64,000 bases of DNA from Blepharisma stoltei ATCC 30299. Its lineage: Eukaryota; Protista; Ciliophora. The translations under genes and the position numbers were made by a program. Positions within the stretch are counted from its first letter, which is position 1, and each line of letters starts with the position of its first letter. This document shows positions 49,548 to 61,963 of this stretch, piece by piece. The stretch spans positions 682,001-746,000 of the forward strand of contig CBFDEM010000047.1 in NCBI GenBank assembly GCA_965603825.1. The letters run 5' to 3'. The notes beneath the pieces are model-generated. The model had not been told where the DNA came from. It searched no databases and was given only the letters and a program-made list of their open reading frames with translations.

Positions 49548-51767
49548 ATGGAAAACTTAAACCCCTATGAAACTAATGATCATAACCCAACAGTTTTAAC
49601 TACTATTGAATGCAAGGCTTTGCAAATACCCAAAAAACGAGGATTCAGAAGCTTCTTAAAATTCGTTTCCAATGACATGGAAAAATCGTTCCAATACCTA
49701 ATGATCAGCGAAGAGAAGCATATGTATAAAGTGTCTGAAAACTTAGGGGGAAAATTACCTGATTATTTATGGAGTTATTATGCTTTGTGCTTAATTTATA
49801 TGCTGATTTATATAGTTTCGTATGTAAAGGATGATTCTTCATCAAGCAGCTTCACTTGCCAGATTTCGTTAATTTGTGGTCAAATGATAATTAATTCTTT
49901 GATTTATTGACTTGCATTTTCAACGAATATTTTCAGAATTTTGAGGATTCAAGTTTTGTCATTTTCTTATATAATGATAGGAGCAATTTTGATACTTAAT
50001 AATGGGCCGGTCCAAGTGTGAATGCTTGACGAGAAATCTGAGACATATTTTTCATGCTTGCCGGGCCTTTTAGTTCTTTTAACAGTATCACAGTTTATAA
50101 CACATTTCAGCTTTGCTAATTATTTCAGAGATAATGCTATTATCGCATCAATTTATATTGTGCTTCACCTTTTCTCTGACCAAAAACTTGCTGTTACATT
50201 ATTTGAATTTGGGATTTTCGTCTTAAGGATTTTCTTCGAAACTCGAAAATTTTATATCAAAGAACTTACATTACGTCACAGATTTTACAATAAGCAGGCA
50301 TATAGTGAAAAAGTTGTGGACTCGGCAAGATCAGAGCCACAAACCGAAATTGAAGGAATTACCGAATTTTTGTGTGAGTGTTTAACTCTCGCGAAATCTT
50401 TGAAGCATAGTCCTAATGAAATTGAAGATAAAGCTTCATTGATTGCTGAACGAATTAAAAAGGTCCTTCAAGTTTTGAAATCCAAAGCAAATATATATAC
50501 TCCTAATATTGAAGTAATTACAAGAAATATGACTGAAGAAGACAAATTATTTGTAAAACAAACAATTATTGAAACTTCAGCTAAAGAAGTTTCGTCATCT
50601 AAAACAAAAATTAAAAAGAGAGACACTGATAGGATAAAGTTAATAACAAAATCTTATAATTTCCAAGAATTAGAAGGCATCTTAAAACAGCTCGGAAATA
50701 ATTGAAATTTCGATATGTTTTTCTTAAAAGACTGTTCAAGTGGTAAGCCTCTAGCGACAATTGGTAAATATTGTATAGATAAATATGTCCTAGATGAGCT
50801 GCTTAGTGTGAACGAAAATATCATCGCAAACTTTTTTGATCGTCTGGAATCTCAATACAATGACAATCCTTACCACAACTCTACACATGGGGCCGATGTA
50901 CTTGCCTCTGTAATTTATTTTATTAAAAAATCAGTTTTATCCGAACTTTTAGATGATATCGACCTTTTGGCCGTAATTGTAGCAACCCTTGGGCATGATG
51001 TAGGCCATCCTGGCCTCACAAATCGTTTCCTCATTAATAACCATGATACTCTTGCTATTGAATATAATGATATTTCAGTACTCGAAATGATGCACAGCTC
51101 ATCAATTTTTATTATCATGAAAGCACTTGATGCTGATATTTTCCAAAATTTATCACCAGAGCACTATACAACTGTCAGAAAATTAATTATAGAAATGGTT
51201 TTAGGCACAGATATGAGCAAACATTGGGACTTCCTCACAGCTTTTAAAGCAAAAAATGTTAGCGGACATTTAAAACAATTAGAAACTGCAGACCAGAAAA
51301 TTGACGTGCTAAAGCTTATAGTAAAAGGCGCTGATATTGGCCACTCTGCGAAATCTCAGGATTTGCATAAAAAGTGAAGCTTTTTAGTAATTGAAGAATT
51401 TTTCAACCAAGGGGATATCGAGAAGATGAAAAAGCTGCCGGTATCGATGTATTGTGACAGAAATAACACTGATATTCCAAAATCTCAGATAGGTTTTATT
51501 AAAAATATTGTGCTTCCGCTATATGAAGTCATGTCAAATTATTTAGCTTCTGAATTAATTGAAGAAAATTGTGTCAAGGAAATACAAAATAATTTGGTGA
51601 TGTGGGAAAGTGAAACCCTCGCAATACGGTGCAAAACTATGGTGCCTGCCAATGAAACACTGCTAGTAGAAAAACTAGAAGTAGAGAGTCCTGGGGAGAG
51701 GAAAACCAGGAGATATGGCACTTCTCGTGCTTTGCTTGATCCTACGAAAATTTCGTGAGAAGATTAA
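49548..51767 (+). CDS. Class I 3',5'-cyclic nucleotide phosphodiesterase with N-terminal TM helices, ~739 aa
   Basis: YHNSTHGADV, HDVGHPG, TDMSKH, ADIGH, KW(TGA)S...EEFFNQGD, KSQIGFI. W(TGA)NFD precedes the catalytic domain. The final TGA 51756-51758 is followed by TAA 51765-51767. Confidence 0.92.
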
Positions 51768-51989
51768 ACTCTTTTTCCAAAGAAATAATTACATCTAAAT
51801 TTAAGTAATAATTGAATAAACAAATAATGGTCTTATATATTTTGTATTAAATTAGATAACTTTTATTATAGCTTGAATGGAAAATTTCTTTTCGCATCAA
51901 TAGAAAGTTAAAAGTATTTTATTAAAAAACTTAAAGATATATGTGTAAACTCTAAAGAAAAAATATAGAGAATTATAATCTGCAAAAGA

Positions 51990-52580
51990 AGCTAGGCTAA
52001 GACAGGCATAAATCAGCTCAGGTCTTCAAAAAAATTACTTCAGGCCTTATTGATAACTAAAGAATAATTATCTGCTATATCCAGTTTTATATGCATTTCA
52101 TTCATTTAGCTTATGCAAGCTCGAGATGTCATCGCTTAGAACCATAAATCAGAATTCTATACTGACTATCTCTGCAAAAATGTAATCCGATTAGCAAATG
52201 GCCTTAATAAAAAGCTCACTTTTTAGCCATGAATCTATTAAGACAGAGCTAGAATTCTCAGCACAAAAATATGTTCTCTTTGTTCGCTTGTGTTCGAGTT
52301 TCAAGTAGAATAATCAAATAATAGAATATCAAAGCTATAGCCACAATTGACATATTTAGCATATCTATGAGATTGATACTTAACTCCAGTCTGCAGAGAA
52401 AACTTGGAATTTGCATTTTTTTGATTTCAGCAATCTAACGAGGATTATTGGAAGAAAATTAGTAGAGAAACATATAATCTGAATCTTGATTCTAATATAT
52501 GAGGCAATAATGATTTTTCACTTAGGCTACATTTACTGAGAGAAAGATTAGAAATTGCAGTTTAATCAGAGAGATAGCTA
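51990..52580 (+). ncRNA. Candidate structured RNA region (nested helices)
   Basis: Nested pairings such as 51993-52001/52105-52113, 52151-52159/52250-52258 and 52357-52366/52572-52580; by-eye only. Confidence 0.3.
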
Positions 52581-53434
52581 TAGAGATTACTAAGGCATTT
52601 TTCTTCGTTTTGGAGAAAATTAATAGCCCATGATTAATTTAATTTCTCTTAATTTTTCAATGCTATGTACTTAATTGCACGTATTTCTATTAAGAAGGTA
52701 AAAGCTGAGGAGATATAAAAATCTAAGTTTTTTTTATTTTTAAGTCTGGCATGGACCTAAATAAATAAGAAGAAAATCAGAGCTATAAGATTTTTTTATG
52801 CTTTCGTTTTAAATTTATGTCAAGGCTCATTAATAAAAACACTTTTATATAGGATGGCAAGCTAACTCTTGGTGTACAATAAAAAAAATTTCGTCTTGAT
52901 CTAAATCAATTAGGATTTAATTTGTCTTCTAATACTTTCCTTATTTGAAATCACCATATTTATTTGATTTTAGCAATTCTAGAAAAGTCTAAATATTAGT
53001 TATTAGCAAAGGATTTATGTCCTCATCTTCAAATACATATTGGTCCTTTTAAGCGATCCTCGAAATTAAAAATACCAAATAAATTGAATTATATTTAAAA
53101 AAATATGCTTTGCGGAAGCTATTTTTATAATGGCTTACAATTTAATAAATAACAAAAAATAAGGCAAGGAAAAGCCCGATTTTTAAATATTAAGATCCAG
53201 CAAGCTAAAGCTATGTATGATAAAATTATCATAAATTATAAAATCCAAAATAATATTTTTAACGAATATCCCAGTAATTAGTATTTCCAGGCCATAAACT
53301 GCTATCCTTTTGTTCATTTATTATTTAGTGAATTCACCACATTTCTTAAATTGTATACATATCTAACTTATATGAATTTAAATCTCCAAATCTCTTGATT
53401 TGTAATTTATTTTTTATCTGAATATTCTAATAAA

Positions 53435-54709
53435 ATGCAGTCCATATTTTCAGAGGCAGACACCACTCTTCACAATGGCAAAAATTTTTGAATTCCTTAC
53501 AACCAAGCTTGCTTGCCTATTATTTATGAAGGATATTTAACAGAGATAACTGAGATCGGCCCTGTAATAAATTACTACCTATTGAATAAGCATTTTTTAC
53601 TTAAGCTCAATAAAGGCTCAATTATTGTCGAAGGAATGACGATCCTGAAATGGAAAAGGGTTACACCTTTCAAAGATAACAGAGAAAACCCTAAATATGG
53701 GTTCAAGCTAGGTCATAATGACAACTATAGGATATTCTACGTAAATAGTGAAGAAGAGCTGAACATATGAATCAATAAACTAAGTTTTGTAGGAATAATT
53801 GACAACATAGAAAAAGATTATTCAATGGCCAGAGAAATCGGAAAAGGGTCATTTGCAAGAGTATTTTTAGGCATTGAAAATACCAGCTCGCAAGAATTCG
53901 CTATTAAGTGCTTTAATAAGATGGACTTGTGAAACAGAAAAAATGGCATTAAGCATTTACTGAATGAAATAGATATCATGAGGAAGCTCGACCACCCCAA
54001 TATACTCAAGCTATTTAAGGTATATGAAGACTGTGATAAAGTTTATCTGGTCTTAGAGTATGCTGAAGGTGGGGATCTTAGAAAAAGACTATCAGAATGC
54101 AAAAAATATCCTGAAGAAGCAGCAATCAGATTTATTCAAAAACTACTGAGGGTTGTTGATTATATGAAATCTCTTAATATTGTACACAAGGATATCAAGC
54201 CAGAAAACATTCTTTTAACAAGCCCTAGCGACAATAGCAATTTCAAGCTCGCTGACTTTGGACTCGCCTGCGAATGCGATGGCTATCTTGAAGGAAAATG
54301 TGGATCATTAGGCTACGTAGCTCCTGAGATCCTCTGAGGAATGAAATACAGCTTCAATGTCGACGTCTTCAGCACTGGTGTCGTGTTTTTTGCCCTCATC
54401 GCTGGCCGAAGTCCATTTTATGGGAAAAGTGTCAACGAAATTTACCTTAAAAACTTGAACTGTAATATCCAATTCAACGAAAAGTGTTGAATAAATATTA
54501 AAATCCCAACAATTAACATGATCCAAATACTCACAAATAAAGACCCTTCTTTCAGGCCTCTTGCCAAGCATGCATTAAGAAACGCTTTATTCGATGACGC
54601 AGATAATAACTATCAAATCAATTTATCGCCTTTGTCATATTTATTGACAAAACAAAGCAATGAAAAAAGCTGGCTTGAAAACAAAGAAGACGTAAACTGT
54701 TTAATTTAA
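53435..54709 (+). CDS. PH-CaMK kinase copy 8 (HKD catalytic loop), 424 aa
   Basis: ATG 53435 (MQSIF); five TGA=Trp; GKGSFA, AIK, HKDIKPEN, DFG, CGSLGYVAPE. Confidence 0.88.
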
Positions 54710-54890
54710 ATTAAAAAGCTTTCAGATAATTTGGTTTGAGTAGGAATAATTTTTTAGAAAAAATGGATTTAATTAATATAAATTTTGCCGATTTTTATAC
54801 AGTAATTCCGAGTTTTATATATATTTTTAAATTTCTAAATTTTTTTCACTGAAAAGTAAAATCAGGTATTTTATAATAACAATAAAAAAA

Positions 54891-56050
54891 ATGTTTCGAG
54901 AATCTGATATCAAATCGCGTAAGGAAGAACATAAATTTTGGTCATTATGTTTTTCAACTACTAATGATGCAATATATAGTGGCAAGCTTTTTGAGTCCTC
55001 TAGCTCAGGTGCGCTTAAAGAGAGCTGGTTTCATCTGACCAGCCATTATTTAGTCAAAAATAAGTCAAATATCAACGGCTTATCAAAGAGATCCTTATTG
55101 ATATGGAAACCAGTCAGGCCATTTGTAAAAAACTGTCATTTATATGGCTTTAGGATTGGCTATTATGACTGTTATAAGGAGTTTTATGCTGAATCTAAAG
55201 AAGTGTTTGCTGAGTGGCTTAAATTTTTATCCTGCATTGGGATAATGCAAAACATCGAGGAAGACTTCCATTTCCTCAAAGAAATCGGCAAAGGAAATAT
55301 CGGGACTATTTTTTTGGCTGAAGAAATAAATACCCACACAAAATATACTGTTAAGTATATTAAGTCCAACAAATTTGATGAGTATATCATAAATGAAATC
55401 AATATATTGAGGACTCTTAATCACCCAAATGCAGTCAAACTGTATAAAGTCTATGAGAGTGATGCAGGAATTTACATTGTTTTAGACAATCTCAGTGAAA
55501 CAAATTTATTTCAAAAAATTGTAGATGTGAAGAATTTTTCTGAAAAAGATTGCTTAGTTTTTGCAAAAAAAATTATGGAGTTTCTTGATTATTTCAACTC
55601 ACTTAATATCATACACAGAGATATTAAGCTTGAAAATTTTGCAATGTCTTCTAATGCTGGTAACACTGATTTTAAACTTATTGATTTTTCGATGGCTACT
55701 TTTGATATAATAACAATAATTCTAGATGTGGATCGCCTGGCTATATTGCACCTGAGATATTAAAAGGAGAAAATTATGGACTGAAGGCTGATATTTTTAG
55801 CGCTGGAGTAGTTTTGTATATAGTGAGCACGGGGAGGATGCCATTTTATGGAAGAAGTCAAAAGGAAATTTTATTAAGGAATAGAGATGCTATTATTAAT
55901 TTTCCTACAAATTTTTGTCTAAGAATGTCGAGAAAATGGATGAGCTTCTTATTTAAACTGCTAGACCCAAATCCTAATACAAGAATAAGCTCTGGAGAAG
56001 CTTTAAAAGAAGTAAGTGACATGCTTTATACCTATCAGTCTAGTATCTAA
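54891..56050 (+). pseudogene. PH-CaMK kinase copy 9 with a 1-nt frameshift in the activation loop (DFS instead of DFG)
   Basis: After DFSMATFD (~55705), the RCGSPGYIAPEILKGENYGLKADIFS continuation lies in the -1 frame. Loop length versus paralogues indicates one missing base. Confidence 0.7.
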
Positions 56051-56318
56051 AAAGATAAGAAAAAATAGTATAAATAACACAGCTAAATTAACGTAAACAA
56101 GGGTATTAATTTTTTTGGGTCAAAATTTTCCAGAAAATGCATTTATTTAAATTTCAAATAAAATGGAATGTTTTGCTTGCAAAATCTAAAATTAAGAAAT
56201 TTAATTTATTATTTCTTTTCTCTTCTATATTATTTTAAAATAATTCTTAACAATACAGCTAAAATTTCCTTAAATCTTTCTTTATTTAATTGCAAAATTC
56301 TACTAGTTCAAACAAAAT

Positions 56319-57632
56319 ATGGGACAAGTTTCATGCAGAACCTGCGACTGCCATTGAATTGACAGTAAAGCTGAGGTCGAGCTTCGAAGTAGCGTATTTT
56401 TTATATAGGACCTATATTCCTCCCACCAAGGCTACAGAGAAACAATGTCAATAATCCTCGGCGAAAATTCTACCATCGATTCCGATATATTTCAAACCAA
56501 AAAGTCACATATAATTAAAGTCCAGTCTCTCTGAAGGTCCTATAAAGCTCGGAAAGATTTCAAAAAGCACCTACGAGCCAGAAAGCCTCATTATCCTTAC
56601 TTTGGAAACGACGAAGTTTATTTTGATTTAAGCAAACGGTCAGCTCCACCTTTGTACCGCGATGTAAGACCTGCAAAAGTATATCCTAATTGTGGAGTTT
56701 ATATTGGAGAATGGAGAGGGGCATTCAGAGATGGCCATGGCGTCATGTCTTGGCAAGACGGATCACGGTATGAAGGAAATTGGTCTTGGGGCAGACCTGA
56801 AGGAAGAGGAAAATTCATTTTTGCTGATGGGGATAAATATGAAGGAAAATGAAATAATTATTTTTTTATTGGGGAAAAATCAAATTTAGAAGGCTTAGGA
56901 GCTGTGCTGTGGAAGGAAAAAGTAAAGGATGGGTATGGTAATTTTTATATAGAATGGCTTTGGTATAAATATGAACAAGCTAGAAATAGCCCAAGATCTG
57001 CGCCGACAAGCCCGAAAAATAAAAAGAAATTTAAAGAAATCCAGGAGAGATTTGAGTATGTAGAAAAACTGATTGAGTCTAATAAACCTCGAGCTGCTTT
57101 AGAGACACATGATAGATTTGGGAATGCAAAAGAGTATCAGCAGCTTAAGTATCCTGATGGGACTATTTATATTGGAGAATTCAATGGACTGCTAAGAGAA
57201 GGCAAAGGAAAAGTGACCTGGCCTGATGGAGATGTATATGAAGGAGAATGGAAAAATGACAAGCAGTTCGGATGGGGAAAAAACATATGAAAAGATGGGT
57301 CAAAATATATAGGATCTTATCTTGACAATCTCAAAGACGGAGCTGGGATATATGAATGAGAAGAAGGCACAAAATACACTGGAGAATGAAAAGACAATAA
57401 TATGCATGGTGTAGGCAAATATATATGGCCTGATCAGAAAATTTACCTTGGAGAATGGACTTTAGGGATGATGCATGGGTTTGGGGTCTTGGAATGGCCA
57501 GATGGCAGAAAATATGAAGGTGGTTGGTTCCAAGGTAAAAAACATGGAGAAGGAGTCACAAGCTATGCCAATGGAAAAGCCAGCAAAGATGTCTGGAGGC
57601 ATGGAAAAATTATCAAGCCAGATGTGAATTAG
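56319..57632 (+). CDS. IQ-motif + MORN-repeat protein with acylation-type leader MGQVSCRTCDC, ~427 aa
   Basis: IQ-like IKVQSLW(TGA)RSYKAR; MORN repeats with TGG and TGA at the same Trp position; introns 56394-56408 and 56938-56952. Confidence 0.88.
56394..56408 (+). other. 15-nt intron GTATTTTTTATATAG
   Basis: GT..AG, A at -6; removes an in-frame TAG. Confidence 0.9.
56938..56952 (+). other. Probable 15-nt intron GTAATTTTTATATAG (no in-frame stop)
   Basis: Consensus match; the frame stays open if retained. Confidence 0.7.
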
Positions 57633-57637
57633 AATAA

Positions 57638-60328
57638 TTAAATGTAAGCTAATTTTATTACAAAGGACTGATCGATTTTTACAGCCTTGGGATATATAAA
57701 AACTGTATTTCCTTTTACTTGAAAATCAATTTCCCTTTGGTTTTCTTGTTCAATTTTTCTAGGCACTTGTTTTATTCCTATAATCACGATTTTTTCCACA
57801 ACATTATTCAGATCTATATGCCCTTTTTGGATTTCATATTTAAAAATCCCTTCTGAGAGCTCTATTTTTGCATAAATAAACTCACCATCTAGATATCTAA
57901 ACGTCAAAGTATCATCAATATAAAGGCTTCCTGAAGCTTTTCCCTCATCATTGAGTGCTACTATAAAGCTATAAGGATCATTATACATATCTTTTGAGCA
58001 TTTTCTTACTTTTTCTTGTCTAGTTATAATACTTCCTCCTCTAATATAGGCTGGAACCCAATACTCTTCTGTATCCACCAATAATTTTCCTGATTTAACC
58101 TCTATATAGCTGTGATAATCATATCATTTTCCTTCAGGAATATACACAGAGACTTTATCTTGATTTTCCTGAGTAATAGCAGCTACAAGAATCCCTGAGC
58201 CGACCATAAATTGTCTGTCCAAATCAGCAGCATTATCATCATTTGGGTACATTGCAAACATAGGAATTACCACAGGGGTACCTTTAGTGCTGTATTTGTA
58301 AAATAAAGTATATCAATATGGAAGGAGCCTATATCGTTCTCGTATAGCAATACGGATTTTACTGAGGACTGGCTCTGCAAATAGTCAGGGCTCTCTGCGT
58401 TTTGACTCATTCTGCGAGTGGCATCGGAAAAATGGGTAATACGCTGCTATTTGGAATCACCGAGAATAGAGGTCAGGGCTAGGATCAAAGCAGTAACCTC
58501 CTATATCAGAGCCTGTAAAGCTTAGCCCACTTACCGCACATTGTAAAATTAATGGTATAGAAATGTCTAAATAACCCCAGCTAGCTAGGTTATCTCCTGC
58601 CCATGTAGCGCCATACCTTTGAGATCCGCTGAAAAATGACCTGGCCAATACAAAAGGCCTTTCTTTTTTCCCATTTCTTTTATATACCCCTTCATATGAT
58701 GCTTTTTGTGTATAGAGTCCATATAAATTGTGCAGCTCCCTATGCTCATATTGATTATGTAAAGAGTTTCTTGACAAGGTTTTTTCAGGCCCAGATGCAA
58801 TAGCAGGCTCATTCATATCATTTCAGAACAATAAAGCCATTGTAGAGTCTTTATGATTTTCAAAGCTGTAATAGGATCCTCAAAGGTCACGGACCTCAGG
58901 TCTTGATAAATCAGGCCAGCAAGAATTCCCAGGCCAGGTGTCTCCCATTCATTCTAAACCATTTTTATCATTTACAAAAAATTTTTTTTCTGATAGCTCT
59001 CTATAAAGGTCATAGGAAAAACTTCTTTTTATGTGAGGGTCAGCAATAACAAAAAGTTTTCGACCATTTAGGGAGAGGAAATCAAGCATTTCTATAGGAG
59101 AAGGATAGTTCTGGTAGTTCCAAGTTCTGTAGGCAAAGCTGTCAACTGTGTCTATGTCAAGCCAAATTGAGTCGTGAGGTAAATCATTTTTATCGAAATT
59201 TGAAGAAATTTCGAGGACTTCGGATTGAGTGTTGTAGTCTCACCGCGATTGATGGTATGCTAAGGCAAAAAGAGGGGGCAGTTGGGCTGGACCAGTAGCC
59301 ATTGTGAACTTTTTGATAATTGATAGAGGAGATTTATTAACAAACATAATAAACTCCATGACCCCTGCTTCTGACATCCAGTGCGTCTGCTTAGTTCTGT
59401 CCCAGGTCTTTATGTCAATCCAAGTCTCAGACCCGTTCATTCAAAACACTCCAGCTGAATAATTTTTTTGACTTCTGCTTACTATAAATGGAGACGCTCC
59501 ATATAAGGCTGATTTTTCTCCTAAATGAAATTTATAATGGTCAAAATTAAAAAACCGGTACGGGTCAGAATTTACTGTATCTTTTAATGGTAAATCGTCA
59601 GCATGGTGAGCTAAACCATACACATGGGTGGCCTCTGCAAACTCAAAATCCATTGCTACACTACAAGGCCCACGATATTTTATATCAGTAAATCCGAAAT
59701 ATTTTTCCACCCAAAGGTCTTGAAAAATCTCTAAATTTCCATTTTTTTCTTTATAAATCCCAGCAGAGTCTATTGTTGGTATTGGGAAATTTTGATTTTT
59801 TTCTTGATTTTTTGGTCTAATGTCGTCTGTGAATTTTCTATATCTTTCAAAATTCATTAAAGAAGATGCATTAGCTGATACAGTCAGGGAGCCTTTAAAA
59901 TATCCTTTTATTAAAATAGGAGAAAAATTTATTTCATATTTTGCTTTATTTCAAGTAAAAATAGCATTTCTTTCTGAAATTTCTATACAAGAAAAATCAA
60001 TTTTTTCTAAAGCTTGTGGGTTTAAAATATCGCCACTAGGGATTCGAAATCGTGGGAAAATCGGGTTTATTTCGTCTAGATAAACGTGGATGCATTCATT
60101 CTTATACATTATAATTTCTCCTTGAAGAAAAGGATTGTCTTCAAATAGGCTGCGACAAGTAAATTTTATTCCTCCGTCAATTCTGAGTATTGAGGAAGAG
60201 ATAATCTCATAACTCAAATCAAATCTCAAGCCTGCGGTGTTGTTATTTGCATTGTGTGAAGCTAAATACCTGTTTCTTTGGCAATGGCTTGACTCTTTTC
60301 AATTTTTAAATGGATATCGGTCATCCAT
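57638..60328 (-). CDS. GH31 neutral alpha-glucosidase (glucosidase II alpha/GANC-like), 896 aa
   Basis: Nucleophile motif W(TGA)NDMNEP, acid/base WAGDN, YHQSRW, DSIWLDID, HNLYG, RPFVLARSFFSGSQRYGA, PFFRCH, REPW; one frame from ATG 60328 to TAA 57638. Confidence 0.93.
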
Positions 60329-60617
60329 TTTATTTAAATCAGAAAGCAATTAATTTCATTAATAAATAAGAAAATTGCAATTATAATAAATTATTGGATA
60401 ACTTTGTGAGACTCAAAAGTGCTGTCGTATCAGATTTTTTAGAAATTTGGTACTATTTTTTTCGTAAAATTTATCGGCTTAATCAATAATTTATTAGTCA
60501 GCATTTATCAAGTTCAATATTTATATTATGTCTTAATCTGAAATGGGATAAAATAAATTAGTTATAAATTCGACGCTATAAATATGTTGAAAAAATTTAT
60601 TTATAATAGCTATTAAC

Positions 60618-61607
60618 TTAAGAATTGTTCTTTAGATATCCATGAATCCACTTTGCTCCACCTTCTTTATTTTTCAAATACTTAGCCAGCTTTTCATAAC
60701 ACGGATAAAATGGATTTGCCATCAAGTTTGCATCTGGAGGATCATTTTTATGCAGCTTCCCTAATTTAATAGAATCCAAGATTTCTTTTAAGTCTTGATA
60801 TTGAGGCTTGTTTTCAAGCTCCTTCAGAAGTATTTGCTTATTTTGTTGTCTATATTCAACAACAGCTTTTTTTATCATAAAGTTATAGCAAGATAAAGTT
60901 GATCATTTTCCTAGATAAAATTGAACGTTAAGCAAATTTGGATTTATTTGATAATGAGCTTTTATTTGAGATTTAGATAATACCCGAAATTTTTTAGTAT
61001 TTGAGCAATTCATGCACAGAGGCTTTTTTAATAAAGGGCAACGAAAGAAATTGTCCTCTTCCATCAGCTTGTGACAGCCAATACAGGCTTTGAGGGCCAT
61101 TGCTATATATGAGTTTTTCCAATTGTCGACTTCTATTTCTGGAACTGGAAACTCATTTGTGTAATAAAAGTGTCAAAGTTCTTCATCTCAGGTAATGTGG
61201 TAGAATTCTTTACATACAAAAGAAAGTTTTGATGCGACCTCAGCTGGGCTCATAAATCTAAAGACTTCAATTCATGCCCTTTTATATTTAGACGGTTTTG
61301 ATTCCACTTGTTTTAGCATATTAGGAGGAGAATGATAAGGCTTGTCAATAGGTGGATATTTAGAATTTCATTCCTCAAGCCACTCTTTAAATCTTTGTAA
61401 CCCATCGCCACCTAAGTTCATTCGAATGTCCTTCTCACAAATATATTGCATCACTTTGGGTCTATAGCAGTTCAGATGGTAATATTCATTCCCACTCATA
61501 TGGTAAATGAATATCCTGATGTCGTGTTTTTTAATATTCTGTTGACAGACCCTGCAACGAGTTAGGCTTGACTTGCAATATTGAGCTTCAAATTCAATTC
61601 TGAACAT
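60618..61607 (-). CDS. zf-PARP-like zinc finger + F-box-like + XPA-like C4 zinc finger protein, 329 aa
   Basis: AQYCKSSLTRCRVCQQNIKK...YYHLNC (PARP finger); AWIEVFRFMSPAEVASKLSFVCKEFYHITWDEELW (F-box pattern); CIGC...PLCMNC...FRVLSKSQIKAHY (XPA-like). Joined by TGA=Trp. Confidence 0.8.
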
Positions 61608-61963
61608 TTCGGATATAATTACAAAATAATGGATTATTCATTTTTCGATATGTAAATTTAGAGGATTTGATTGAATTTATTATAGAGACTCAAGCTGCGA
61701 TAAGTTGCATTTATCTGTAGATTTTGGTTTTATTAAAAGCATAAGAATCTTTACCATAAGTAAATGTCCTAATAAAGATCTTAAAGTTGTTGTAATAGTC
61801 GTCGCTCAACGTTAAAGATTTTTACTTTTCATTGAAATTAGGAGATTACATAGTAAGCCAAATTGATGCTTTCACTTTTGGAAAGGCAGAAATCTCTATA
61901 AAACTCTATCAATATGAGAAATTCTTTTAATTTTCCATTCAATCTTTTCTATAATAAATATTC

